A stretch of 64,000 nt of DNA from Candidatus Latescibacterota bacterium (GCA_965261395.1 OZ253462.1:1760001-1824000), one strand, 5' to 3'; numbered from the stretch's first letter, positions 19,318-28,675 are shown. Program-made: numbers and translations. The notes: generated by a model not told the origin, from the sequence alone.

Positions 19318-19405
19318 GCCGGCTAACACGGGGGGGGTGCTCCGGTCGCTTCGCTCCCTCCGCATCAACCTGCTACGCAGGTTCACACCCCCCAAGACGT
19401 TAGAG
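19318..19405 (+). other. attC site 5
   Basis: R'' GCCGGCTAAC complements GTTAGCCGGC (18671); arms GGGGGGTG...CACCCCCC; R' GTTAGAG. Confidence 0.9.
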
Positions 19406-19427
19406 GCGTTCTTAAAACTAGGGTTTC

Positions 19428-19481
19428 GGTATCAACGAGATCGTGTTGGGGAAACGAGGTATTACTGCTGATACGGCCCTG
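19428..19481 (+). pseudogene. Fragment of a HigA/VapI-type antitoxin gene
   Basis: Translates to GINEIVLGKRGITADTAL, matching the HigA signature INEI..GKR.IT.DTAL. Confidence 0.7.
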
Positions 19482-19575
19482 AGCACTCTATGCGCGTTGT
19501 GTGGACATAGCAACGGAAAGATGCCATTCCCAGTTGCAACAGTTGCGCGCGGCGTCTTCGTCATTCCGCACTTAT

Positions 19576-20625
19576 TCAGACGAGCGTCAAGTCGGCCCGG
19601 TGGCCCTCTTCGAGAAAGGCGGTCAGCAGATCCACGGCTGCTTGCAAGTCGCCTTTGTCAACCAGCTCGACCGAGGTGTGAATGTAGCGAGTCGGCACTG
19701 AAATCGTCGCCACTGGCACACCAGTACGGACCCTTTGCATGGCACCGGCGTCCGTGCCGCCTAGAGGGAGGATTTCCAATTGGCACTCAATTTTCCTCTT
19801 CTTCGCTAGCCCTCTGAGCTGAGCCACCAAGCCTGGGTGCGAGATCGCCGACGAGTCCAGCAGTTTAATCGCTGCGCCCTGCCCTAAGCGCGTCACCTGC
19901 TCGTGCTCGGGTATCCCCGGAATATCGGCCGCCAGCGTCACGTCGAGGGCTACCCCCAGGTCCGGCTCGACCCCAAACGCGCTTACCTGCGCGCCCCGCA
20001 AGCCAACCTCCTCCTGCACAGTGGCCACCGCATAGGTCTCACAGCCAAAGGTCTTGGCCTGCTGCATGGCGCGGATCATCACGTAGAGCGCAACCCGATC
20101 GTCCATGGCCTTACAGGAAACTCCGTCGCCGATCTCGGCGAAATCCCGCTGCAACGTCACCATCGCACCAAGCTCGACCTCGCGCTTGACCTTGGCAGGT
20201 GACAGGTACAGATCGACGATAAAGTCGCTGATGGCCAACTTGGCATCGCGGTCGGCCGCCGTCTGGATGTGCGGTGGTTTAATACCTGGGTAGAGCAAAC
20301 CCGGTAGATCGCGCTTCTTGCCCCTGACGACGACCCTTTGGGCCACCATATTGCGCGGGTCGTGCCCGCCTAAGGGCACCAGCCGCAAAAGGCCCCGCTC
20401 GTCGATGTGTGAAACCACGAAACCGATCTCGTCCATGTGCGCGGCGATCATCAGCTTCTTGGCCTTTTTGCCCTTGCTCGCCTTCTTCACAGCGATCAGG
20501 TTGCCCAAGGCATCCACCCGCATCTCGTCGGTCAGGGGCGCGAGCTCCCGCCGCACGATCTCGCGCAGCCGATCCTCTCGGCCGGGAACCCCCGCACTTT
20601 CGCATAGCTCTTTGAGTAGCTTCAA
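19576..20625 (-). CDS. M42 family aminopeptidase
   Basis: AAHMDEIG, KAMDDR, QEEVGLRGA, GTDAG and RYIHT motifs; probable TTG start after AAGGA. Confidence 0.92.
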   Translation of the reverse strand: MKLLKELCESAGVPGREDRLREIVRRELAPLTDEMRVDALGNLIAVKKASKGKKAKKLMIAAHMDEIGFVVSHIDERGLLRLVPLGGHDPRNMVAQRVVVRGKKRDLPGLLYPGIKPPHIQTAADRDAKLAISDFIVDLYLSPAKVKREVELGAMVTLQRDFAEIGDGVSCKAMDDRVALYVMIRAMQQAKTFGCETYAVATVQEEVGLRGAQVSAFGVEPDLGVALDVTLAADIPGIPEHEQVTRLGQGAAIKLLDSSAISHPGLVAQLRGLAKKRKIECQLEILPLGGTDAGAMQRVRTGVPVATISVPTRYIHTSVELVDKGDLQAAVDLLTAFLEEGHRADLTLV

Positions 20626-20641
20626 TTGGCATTCCTTATCA

Positions 20642-21196
20642 TCAGGGCTTGACGAGCCTGAAGGACGCGAAAAACCGCTCGATATCCGAGGGGTCGTCAA
20701 ACGCATAGGGTGCTCCGACCGCCATCAAGCTATAGAGCCGTTGGCCCACCTGTAGGCACTGCAATCTCAGCAGGCTTTCGTCCTCAGCTTGTATCTGCGT
20801 CTGCCAAGCGGAATGCCCGTCCATCTCAACGGCGGCTTCCGACAGGATCGTCCCCTTCACCTTCCGCAAGATGGCATCGCGGCGCGCGGCAATCGCACTA
20901 TCGGCTGGGACGGTCTCGGGCACGTCCCCATAGGCAACAGCGTATTGCACGTCGTCGCGCTCGAACATCAGGTATTGGAACTCTACCTCGCCAAAGGACA
21001 ACGGCTCGCGTAGCTTGCGCAGATTGGGCCGGCCGGCCACCTGTACGGTGAAGTCCCCCGGCTCATAGCTCCGCTCCTCCCATTCCGGCGCGCCGCGCAC
21101 CCAATTAACGACATTGTAGGCCGCAATGGCTCCTAGGACGACCAAGAAGAGCTTGACGGACGATAGGTCCGTTTTGGTCTTAGGTGCTCGGCCCAT
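20642..21196 (-). CDS. Hypothetical membrane-anchored protein
   Basis: One N-terminal TM segment, C-terminal RFFASFRL; lies in the operon between the epimerase and the peptidase. Confidence 0.7.
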   Translation of the reverse strand: MGRAPKTKTDLSSVKLFLVVLGAIAAYNVVNWVRGAPEWEERSYEPGDFTVQVAGRPNLRKLREPLSFGEVEFQYLMFERDDVQYAVAYGDVPETVPADSAIAARRDAILRKVKGTILSEAAVEMDGHSAWQTQIQAEDESLLRLQCLQVGQRLYSLMAVGAPYAFDDPSDIERFFASFRLVKP

Positions 21197-21200
21197 CGGG

Positions 21201-22019
21201 TCAGGCCAGTCCCAGCTTCTCTTCGGCGCTGTCTGCTGGGATATAGCCCAAGACCTCGCGTGGGTGGTCAATATCGACCCAGCGCCAGCGGTTGTTGGAC
21301 ACTCCGTAAAAAATATCAAAGCGCAAGTCCGCGGACGCTTCGATGGCGCGCTGCACGAGTTGTACCACGTCGCGCTGGCTGCACCAGGTAGCCCCGCCCC
21401 GCTCGTCGCGCGGATGGTCCTCGGCATTGACCCAGCCGATGCGCAAACAGGGCACCGACATATTGTGTACGTCGACGTAGTAGCGCGCTAGGGCCTCGCC
21501 CCAAATTTTGGTCGCCGGATAGAGGCCAGTCGGCCGATGCGGCCACTCGTGAGTCACGGCCTGTACCTGACCGGCATTGACCGCGTCGAAGCGCCCTTCG
21601 GAGATTGCTTTGTACGGATCCTCTTGCTGGTAGCCCCAAGACACCATGATCGAGCTGGCGAAGACCACTCTCCTGACGCCAGCGCGGCGCGCAGCCTCTA
21701 GCACATTGCGCGGCCCGACTATATTGCTGCCGAGCAAGCTCTCCCAGCTAGCGTCTGGCCGCGGGTCGGCTGCCAGTTGCACGACCACGTCCATACCCTC
21801 GACGGCCTTTGCTATCGCGTTGTAATCGGTCAGGTCTGCGAGGGTGAATTTCTCTGCGGGAATTTCCAACTCTGCGTTTCTGGGAGTCCGCTCCGAAAGC
21901 TGGGACCGCCGCGCTAGGCCATAGACATCATAGCGGTCGGGTTGGGTGCGCAGATGCCGATACGTAGCCCCGGCGATTAATCCGTAAACGCCGGTAATTA
22001 AGACTTTCTTGGGGACCAT
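21201..22019 (-). CDS. NAD-dependent epimerase/dehydratase (uronate dehydrogenase-like)
   Basis: VLITG..GLI, VVFASS, YxxxK (LYPATK), LRIG and YGVSNN motifs. Confidence 0.88.
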   Translation of the reverse strand: MVPKKVLITGVYGLIAGATYRHLRTQPDRYDVYGLARRSQLSERTPRNAELEIPAEKFTLADLTDYNAIAKAVEGMDVVVQLAADPRPDASWESLLGSNIVGPRNVLEAARRAGVRRVVFASSIMVSWGYQQEDPYKAISEGRFDAVNAGQVQAVTHEWPHRPTGLYPATKIWGEALARYYVDVHNMSVPCLRIGWVNAEDHPRDERGGATWCSQRDVVQLVQRAIEASADLRFDIFYGVSNNRWRWVDIDHPREVLGYIPADSAEEKLGLA

Positions 22020-22039
22020 AGCTCCTCTTCTCCTCTATC

Positions 22040-22585
22040 TCATCCGATGGCGGCGATGTAGCGCAGGGCGCGGTAGCGCTGGTCGCAATCCATGCCGTAG
22101 CCGACGACGAACGTGTCTTCAATTTCAAAACCACAATAATCTATCTGCACTGGAAACTCCCTGCGGGCGCGTTTGTCCAGCAACGTACATGCTCTGAGCG
22201 AAAGAGGTTGCCGCGACTTTATCATGGCCATTACAAAATCTAGGGATCGGCCCGTATCGACTATGCCATCGACGATTAGCACGTCTCGCCCGGCCACTGC
22301 GACGACGAGGTCTTTGGTCAGCTCGATCTGTCCGGTGTGCTCTGTGCCTCGGTAGCTCGAAACACCGACAAAGTCGTAGTCCAATCGTGCCAACAGCTCC
22401 TCGGGCAAGTGGTCCATCAGAGCCATCATAAACTGCATGGCTCCGTTGAGGAGGCCGACAAACAAAGGAGCCGCCCCAGCGTAGTCGGCGGCTAGTAGCT
22501 GGGCCAACTCGCCGATGCGCCGCTCTACTTGTTGGCGCTCGATTAGCACTCTTAAGGCGGGAGTTTCCAACGGACTGCGGAGCAT
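22040..22585 (-). CDS. hpt: Hypoxanthine phosphoribosyltransferase
   Basis: VSSY, VLIVDGIVDTGRSL PRPP motif, LLDK and FVVGYGMD...YR.L. Confidence 0.9.
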   Translation of the reverse strand: MLRSPLETPALRVLIERQQVERRIGELAQLLAADYAGAAPLFVGLLNGAMQFMMALMDHLPEELLARLDYDFVGVSSYRGTEHTGQIELTKDLVVAVAGRDVLIVDGIVDTGRSLDFVMAMIKSRQPLSLRACTLLDKRARREFPVQIDYCGFEIEDTFVVGYGMDCDQRYRALRYIAAIG

Positions 22586-22592
22586 GCCTTTG

Positions 22593-22620
22593 ATTATACG
22601 GCATGGACTGGTTTTTGCAA
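22593..22620 (-). promoter_or_regulatory. Sigma70-like promoter of hpt (TTGCAA-16-TATAAT), 7 nt before the ATG, so probably leaderless
   Basis: Direct sequence match; no SD between the -10 box and the ATG. Confidence 0.55.
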
Positions 22621-22622
22621 AC

Positions 22623-22652
22623 AAAAGGCACCGGAGCAAAAACTCCGGCGCC
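22623..22652 (-). terminator. Intrinsic terminator after the recA-associated small gene
   Basis: GGCGCCGGAG-loop-CTCCGGTGCC followed by TTTT. Confidence 0.7.
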
Positions 22653-22693
22653 CGTGTTGGCCCACCCTAAAGGCTGGCTGTGTCGCGGCTTGG

Positions 22694-22957
22694 TCAGGCG
22701 GCTTGCCGGGTGTTGTGCAGCATTTCCGGATCCGGATCTAAGAGCGCCTCGGCGGGGATGCTGGGTTGCTCGGGCACCTTTAGGGCGGCAGCCGCCACCA
22801 AGGTACTCAGCTCGTCGGCGCAGGACAGATCGAGCTCGCCGCGCTGGTAGGCGGCGTCGATGTGCTCGCACAGCAACGCCAAGTCGGCCCAAGAGCGAGC
22901 GCGGCCAATGCGCGCTTGCAAGGGGATGGCCGTGGGGTTTAGTCTGGCAGTCTGCAT
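22694..22957 (-). CDS. Small hypothetical protein downstream of recA
   Basis: Strong SD AAGGAGGTGA, followed by a terminator. Confidence 0.75.
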   Translation of the reverse strand: MQTARLNPTAIPLQARIGRARSWADLALLCEHIDAAYQRGELDLSCADELSTLVAAAALKVPEQPSIPAEALLDPDPEMLHNTRQAA

Positions 22958-23071
22958 GATTTCACCTCCTTGGGGGAGTTAAGGAGTACGCGCGGGTGCG
23001 AGGCGCTGCGGCCGCCTTGGCGTGGGGTCACCAAAGCAGCCTTGGCACCTCGACCCGCGAGAGCGCAGAGG

Positions 23072-24154
23072 CTAGGCCAGTTCGGCCTCTGCTTCTTTGT
23101 GTTCAGGCACTTCTGCGACCTTCAGGTTGAGGGCTTGGCGCACCTCGGTCTCTAGGCGCGTGCGGACTTCGTGGTTGTCGCGGAGGAAGACGCGCGCGTT
23201 CTCGCGCCCCTGGCCCAGCCGTTCGTCACCGTAGGAAAACCAAGTGCCGCTTTTGGCCACAAAACCGCTGTCGACACCCAAGTCGAGCAGATCGGCCTCG
23301 CGCGATATGCCTACATCGTCACCGCGGAACATGATGTCGAACTCGGCCTCGCGGAAAGGAGGAGCGACCTTGTTCTTGACGACCTTGACGCGGGTGCGAC
23401 GACCGATGATCTCGTCGCCGTCCTTGATCGAGCCAATGCCGCGGATGTCGAGGCGAACCGAGGAATAGAAGTTTAGGGCACGACCGCCGGTGGTGGTCTC
23501 GGGACTGCCGAACATCACGCCGATCTTCATCCGCAATTGGTTGATAAAGATCACCGTGGTCCCTGACTTCTGAGACGACCCGGTGAGCTTGCGCAGGGCT
23601 TGGGACATCAGCCGCGCTTGCAACCCTACGTGGGAGTCGCCCATATCGCCTTCGAGCTCGGCCTTGGGCACTAGCGCTGCTACCGAATCGATCACGACGA
23701 GATCGAGGGCACCGCTGCGCACCAGCGTATCCGTAATCTCTAGGGCCTCTTCGCCCGAATCCGGCTGTGAGACGAGCAAATTGTCGATATCAACGCCCAG
23801 CCGACGGGCAAAATTCACGTCGAGCGCGTGTTCGGCGTCGATGAAAGCTGCCGTGCCGGTTTGTTGCGCCTGGGAGACGATGTGCAACGCCAGCATGGTC
23901 TTGCCCGCGGCTTCAGACCCGAAAAGCTCGACGACCCGGCCTCTGGGCACTCCGCCGACCCCGAGGGCCGCGTCTAGCGAAATGGCACCAGTGGAAATGA
24001 CTTCGATGTCCATTGCCGCTGACTCGCCTAACCGCATGATGGCCCCTTTGCCAAACTGCCGTTCGATCTGAGCGAGCGCCAAGCCGATGGCCTTGTCCTT
24101 ATCCTCGCCGAAGGGCTTGCCGTTAGCACTGGCCCTGCCTTTGCCCGCTACCAT
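23072..24154 (-). CDS. recA: Recombinase A (divergent)
   Basis: [54 protein letters not shown] and KNKVAPPF motifs. Confidence 0.97.
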   Translation of the reverse strand: MVAGKGRASANGKPFGEDKDKAIGLALAQIERQFGKGAIMRLGESAAMDIEVISTGAISLDAALGVGGVPRGRVVELFGSEAAGKTMLALHIVSQAQQTGTAAFIDAEHALDVNFARRLGVDIDNLLVSQPDSGEEALEITDTLVRSGALDLVVIDSVAALVPKAELEGDMGDSHVGLQARLMSQALRKLTGSSQKSGTTVIFINQLRMKIGVMFGSPETTTGGRALNFYSSVRLDIRGIGSIKDGDEIIGRRTRVKVVKNKVAPPFREAEFDIMFRGDDVGISREADLLDLGVDSGFVAKSGTWFSYGDERLGQGRENARVFLRDNHEVRTRLETEVRQALNLKVAEVPEHKEAEAELA

Positions 24155-24217
24155 GATTTCCTCCTCGCGTGTCCTATGAGATGTTTATTACACCGCCACC
24201 TGAACAACCTGAACAAA

Positions 24218-24246
24218 AAGATAGTGAATCAATGTTCAGGTGTCAA
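24218..24246 (-). promoter_or_regulatory. recA sigma70 promoter (TTGACA-17-TATCTT) with a LexA-box-like palindrome TGAACATTGATTCA in the spacer
   Basis: Direct match; resembles the GAAC-N4-GTTC SOS box with one mismatch. Confidence 0.7.
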
Positions 24247-24290
24247 GCGTTTTTTAATTGAAGCAGATTAAACTGCCCTACCCATTTATA

Positions 24291-24305
24291 ACAAATGCCG
24301 TGCCA
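24291..24305 (-). promoter_or_regulatory. Putative sigma54 promoter (TGGCACG-N4-TTGT) upstream of recA
   Basis: Matches the -24/-12 consensus with one mismatch; AT-rich tract upstream. Confidence 0.45.
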
Positions 24306-24418
24306 AGCGGCAAGAATACACACAATTTATTGTTTAATAATATGTTAGGAAAAGGAGAAGAATGCTGCGGAAACCAAAATTTGGGATCTACGAGGAACAG
24401 CTCTGTGAAGAAAAGGGA

Positions 24419-25792
24419 CTAGCTTGAGCCAAATGCGAGCGCTTCGACCGCCTCCAGCCCCCCCACCCCAACCACCTCCATCCCCTCCGGCCGCTTCCAA
24501 CCCTGCAAGTTGCTCCGTGCCACCAAACACTGCTCAAACCCCAAACTCCGCGCCTCGGCCACCCGCCGGTCAATCTGGTTCACCGGCCGGATTTCCCCCC
24601 CCAACCCGACCTCGCCAATGGCCACGGTCTTCGCGTCAATGGGCTTGTTGCGGAAGCTCGAGATAATCGCCAGCCCCACCCCCATATCCACCGCTGGCTC
24701 GTCGAGGCGGATGCCCCCTACGACATTGACGAAAATGTCCTCGCTCGACAGGTCGTGGCCGCAGCGCTTTTCGAGCACCGCGATAATAATCGAGAGCCGC
24801 TTGGCGTCGATGCCGGTCGCGACCCGCTGCGGATAGCCAAAACTAGAGCGCGAGACGAGGGCCTGAATTTCGATCAAGAGCGGCCGAGTGCCCTCCATGC
24901 TACAGACGATGGCCGAACCCGACACGCCTTCGGCGCGCTCGGCCAGCAGAAGCTTGGAGGGATTGGAGACCTCGATGAGCCCTTGGTCCCGCATCTCAAA
25001 AATCCCGATCTCGTTGGTCGAACCAAAGCGATTTTTGGCGGCGCGGAGAATGCGGAAGTGGTGGTGCCGCTCGCCCTCTAAATAGAGTACGGTATCGACC
25101 AAGTGCTCCAGCACCCGTGGCCCGGCGACCGTGCCCTCTTTCGTCACGTGTCCCACCAAAAACGTGGGAATGCCGCTCTCTTTGGCCAAATAAACGAGCC
25201 GCGCAGCGCACTCGCGCACTTGGGTCACGCTGCCGGGCGCGCTCTCCAACTCGGGCATGTAAATGGTCTGGATCGAGTCGATGACGACAGCCAGCGGGCT
25301 AGCGGATCGCAACTGGTCGAGAATGGCCGCGAGACTGGTCTCGGCCATCACGTGCAGGCTTTCGCACAACGCTCCCAAGCGCCCGGCGCGCAGGCGGATC
25401 TGCGCGGGCGACTCCTCGGCGGAAATGTACGCGATGCGAAAATCAGAGGCTGCTAGCTGTCCGGCCATCTGCAACAGAAGCGTCGATTTGCCGATGCCTG
25501 GATCGCCGCCGACTAAGACGACCGAACCGGGCATGATGCCGCCACCTAGGACCCGGTCGAACTCGGAGATGCCGATTTGCAGCCGCTCGTGGTCTTGGTC
25601 ATCGACTTGAGTGATGGGCTGCAATTGGGCGCGGGGTGATACCGTTAGATGTTCTCGCCGACTGTCGGGTGCTTGGGGCCGCTCTTCGACGCAAGTGTTC
25701 CATTCGCCGCAGGCCGCACAGCGCCCAAACCAGCGCGCGGCACTGTGGCCGCAGGACTGACAGACGTAAGAGGAACGGTTCTTTTTGGCCAT
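24419..25792 (-). CDS. radA: DNA repair protein RadA/Sms
   Basis: C4 zinc finger, GGDPGIGKST, KNRFG and a Lon-like C-terminus. Confidence 0.97.
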   Translation of the reverse strand: MAKKNRSSYVCQSCGHSAARWFGRCAACGEWNTCVEERPQAPDSRREHLTVSPRAQLQPITQVDDQDHERLQIGISEFDRVLGGGIMPGSVVLVGGDPGIGKSTLLLQMAGQLAASDFRIAYISAEESPAQIRLRAGRLGALCESLHVMAETSLAAILDQLRSASPLAVVIDSIQTIYMPELESAPGSVTQVRECAARLVYLAKESGIPTFLVGHVTKEGTVAGPRVLEHLVDTVLYLEGERHHHFRILRAAKNRFGSTNEIGIFEMRDQGLIEVSNPSKLLLAERAEGVSGSAIVCSMEGTRPLLIEIQALVSRSSFGYPQRVATGIDAKRLSIIIAVLEKRCGHDLSSEDIFVNVVGGIRLDEPAVDMGVGLAIISSFRNKPIDAKTVAIGEVGLGGEIRPVNQIDRRVAEARSLGFEQCLVARSNLQGWKRPEGMEVVGVGGLEAVEALAFGSS

Positions 25793-25806
25793 GGCCCTCA
25801 ACTCGT

Positions 25807-26670
25807 CTAAGCAGCCGTACGCGCGACAACGACTCGGGGGATTTGGTTTAAGTCCGGTCTTATCTGAACCTCAGTCAAGCGTTCAGACCGCGCAAGTAGG
25901 TCCTCCACGGCCGCGCTTTGGCCGTCTCCTACCTCTAGAAGTAGATAGCCTCCGGGACGAATAAATTCAGCAGCCTCCTGCGCGATGCGGCGATAGTACA
26001 CCAAGCCGTCCTCGCCCCCATCTAGCGCGAGATGAGGTTCGTGGTCGCGAACTTCCGGCGCTAGTTGCACCAAGTCGCTACGGCGCACATACGGCGGATT
26101 GGCCACGACGAGGTCAAAAGGCTCGGTACCGCAAAGGGGCGCGAAAAGATCGCCGCAGTGCCACTCGACGCGCTCAGCTAGCCCGCAGCGCTGGCCGTTG
26201 GCCTTCGCTACTTCTAAAGCAGCGTCCGATACGTCGGCTGCCACTACCTCGGCCGCTGCCGCCTCTTGGGCCAGCGACAGGGCGACCGCGCCTGAGCCGC
26301 AACACAGGTCGAGGACCCGGCCGTCTTCGGGCAAAAACTCCAAGGCCGCATCGACGAGCACTTCGGTCTCGGGGCGCGGGATCAACACCACGGGCGTCAC
26401 GGCCAGTTCTAGATGGCGAAAGGCGGCCACACCCGTGATGTACTGCACGGGCACGTGCTGCAACCGCTGGCGCACGTATTCTCGGTAGCGATCCACTTCA
26501 CTGCGGTGCAAGGGGCGTTCAAATTGCAAGTAGAGATCAAGGCGTTTGACACCGAGCACCGCGGCGAGCAGCAGCTCCGCTTGTAGGCGGGCGTTTTCCA
26601 ACCCCTTCGACGCGAAGAAACGACTCGTGTTTTCGAGGATATCGAGCAGCCGCCAAGAGCGCCCGCTCAT
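25807..26670 (-). CDS. prmC: Release factor glutamine methyltransferase
   Basis: LIPRPETE, DLCCGSG, NPPY and ALDGG.DGL motifs; follows prfA. Confidence 0.96.
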   Translation of the reverse strand: MSGRSWRLLDILENTSRFFASKGLENARLQAELLLAAVLGVKRLDLYLQFERPLHRSEVDRYREYVRQRLQHVPVQYITGVAAFRHLELAVTPVVLIPRPETEVLVDAALEFLPEDGRVLDLCCGSGAVALSLAQEAAAAEVVAADVSDAALEVAKANGQRCGLAERVEWHCGDLFAPLCGTEPFDLVVANPPYVRRSDLVQLAPEVRDHEPHLALDGGEDGLVYYRRIAQEAAEFIRPGGYLLLEVGDGQSAAVEDLLARSERLTEVQIRPDLNQIPRVVVARTAA

Positions 26671-27734
26671 AGGTCTGCCGCGAGCGCGTCCTGCTGAGAT
26701 GCGAGGGCCAATTGCTCTACGAATTTTTCAAAATCACCGTCGAGGATTTCCTCTAGGCGATAGAGGGACAAGCCGATGCGGTGGTCGGTGACCCGGCCCT
26801 GCGGGAAGTTGTAGGTGCGAATTTTCGCGCTGCGGTCGCCGGAGCCGATCTGGCCGGCGCGGGCGGCGTCGCGTTCGGCCTTTTGCTCGGCCTGCACTTT
26901 GTCGTAGAGCCGGGCGCGGAGGACCTTCAAGGCCTTGTTCTTGTTCTTTAGCTGCGACTTCTCGTCTTGACAGGAGACGATAATGCCCGTTGGGATATGG
27001 GTGATTTTCACGGCCGAATCCGTGGTGTTGACGCTCTGGCCACCAGGGCCGCTGGAGCGGTACACTTCGATTTTCAAATCATCAGGAGCGATTTCCACCT
27101 CCACCTCCTTGGCTTCGGGCAAGACCGCCACCGAGGCCGCCGACGTGTGAATCCGGCCCGAGGCTTCGGTTTTGGGAACCCGCTGCACGCGGTGTACCCC
27201 GCTTTCGAACTTGAGCTGGCCGAAGGCGTCCGCGCCCGAGACCGCGAACACCACCTCCTTAAAGCCGCCGGCCGGATTCTGACTAGAGGAAAGCTCCTCG
27301 GTTTTCAAGCCTTTGCGCTCGGCGAAGCGGTGATACATGCGGTATAGATCACTGGCGAAAAGCCCGGCTTCGTCGCCGCCGGTGCCGGCGCGGATCTCGA
27401 CGATGGCGTTGCGACCGTCGTTGGGGTCTTTGGGAATCAGCAGCACTTTGAGCGTTTCTTCTAGTTGCGCCACCTGTCCCCGCAGTTGGTCGCGTTCGGC
27501 CGCGGCCAATTCGACTAGCTCTGCATCGCTGCCATCGGCGATGATCTCCTCGGCCTCTGCGAGCTGTGCGAGTGCGGCGCGGTACTGGCCCGCTAAATCC
27601 ACCACTTCCTGCAAGTCGCCCATCTCCCGCGCCAGCTTCTGGTACTGAGTCGGATTTTGGGTTATGGCCGGATCGGCCATAAGCGCGCCTAGCTCCTCGT
27701 AGCGCTGCTCGTATTCGTTCAATTTATCTAACAC
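26667..27734 (-). CDS. prfA: Peptide chain release factor 1
   Basis: RVPKTE (PxT), GPGGQ and RTYNFPQ motifs. Confidence 0.97.
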   Translation of the reverse strand: MLDKLNEYEQRYEELGALMADPAITQNPTQYQKLAREMGDLQEVVDLAGQYRAALAQLAEAEEIIADGSDAELVELAAAERDQLRGQVAQLEETLKVLLIPKDPNDGRNAIVEIRAGTGGDEAGLFASDLYRMYHRFAERKGLKTEELSSSQNPAGGFKEVVFAVSGADAFGQLKFESGVHRVQRVPKTEASGRIHTSAASVAVLPEAKEVEVEIAPDDLKIEVYRSSGPGGQSVNTTDSAVKITHIPTGIIVSCQDEKSQLKNKNKALKVLRARLYDKVQAEQKAERDAARAGQIGSGDRSAKIRTYNFPQGRVTDHRIGLSLYRLEEILDGDFEKFVEQLALASQQDALAADL

Positions 27735-28675
27735 GATGGATTGGCCTCGACTTCTTCATTTAGGGCGCAACGCAGCGCAAACAGGGCGACCTCTAGCTGG
27801 TCGTCATCCGGCTCGCGGGTCGTAATGCGCTGTAACCACAGCCCTGGGGCACTCAGCAATCGGACCAGCGGGGCATTGCGCTTCTTGCCCGAGAACTTGA
27901 GCAACTCAAAGCTCGTCCCCGCGATAAAGGGCAGCACCGCAAAATGGGTGGCAAAGCGCTCAAGAAGGCTCTGCGTGTGCTCAAAGACGACCGGGAACAG
28001 CGAATCCACGCAGGCGAAAATTAGAATCGCAAAGAGCACTACGATCAGCATGAAACTGGTTCCGCAGCGCGGGTGCAGCCGACCGAAACCCCGCGCCGTT
28101 GCCACCGTCAGCTCGGCACCGGCCTCTAAAGTGAAGATGCTTTTATGTTCAGCACCGTGATATTGAAAAACTCGCTGGATTTCGCGCCACTGGCTTATCG
28201 CCCATAGGTAGAGGAGCAAAAGCGTCGCCCGCACGGCACCGGCCACTAGGTTGAATTCGAGAGCGTTCTCCTGTAAGCCGAAGAGCTGGGCAGCTAGCAG
28301 CGGCAAAAAGAAGAACAGGCCCACGCCCAATCCCACGGAAAATACCATCGTCGTCCACAAGGCCAATTGCTCCCGCCAGCTCTCCTGCTGCCGCTCGACC
28401 TTCCCCACTTCCTGTCTGGCGACATCGGCCGAGAAATTGAGGGCCTTCAGCCCGATGAGCATCATTTCAAAAAAAGAGAGGGCACCGCGTAATACGGGCA
28501 GGCCCAACAGGCGATAGCGCTGCGCTAGGGAATCGTAGGCTTCCTCGCGCACCACGATCTGGCGGTTGGCCGCCCGCACCGCGGTGACGATTTTGCCGGG
28601 CACGCGCATCATCACTCCTTCGATGACGGCTTGGCCGCCGACCGGTAGATCTTGTGTGAGTTGCTCTCTGTCCAT
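27728..28675 (-). CDS. DUF1385 family membrane protein
   Basis: GGQAVIEGVMM, YHGAEHK, HPRCGTSF and TTREP motifs; usual position between rpmE and prfA. Confidence 0.93.
   Translation of the reverse strand: MDREQLTQDLPVGGQAVIEGVMMRVPGKIVTAVRAANRQIVVREEAYDSLAQRYRLLGLPVLRGALSFFEMMLIGLKALNFSADVARQEVGKVERQQESWREQLALWTTMVFSVGLGVGLFFFLPLLAAQLFGLQENALEFNLVAGAVRATLLLLYLWAISQWREIQRVFQYHGAEHKSIFTLEAGAELTVATARGFGRLHPRCGTSFMLIVVLFAILIFACVDSLFPVVFEHTQSLLERFATHFAVLPFIAGTSFELLKFSGKKRNAPLVRLLSAPGLWLQRITTREPDDDQLEVALFALRCALNEEVEANPSC

Noticed and set aside
16431-19405. CRISPR array or simple terminators as the explanation for the intergenic palindromes
   Set aside because: The elements are non-identical, gene-spaced, lack U-tails and show R''/R' complementarity typical of attC; no cas genes are present.
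8700-19500. Integron integrase, prophage or ICE
   Set aside because: No tyrosine recombinase, phage structural gene or conjugation gene is recognisable in the window.
22694-22957. recX
   Set aside because: Too short and lacks RecX repeat motifs, despite its position after recA.
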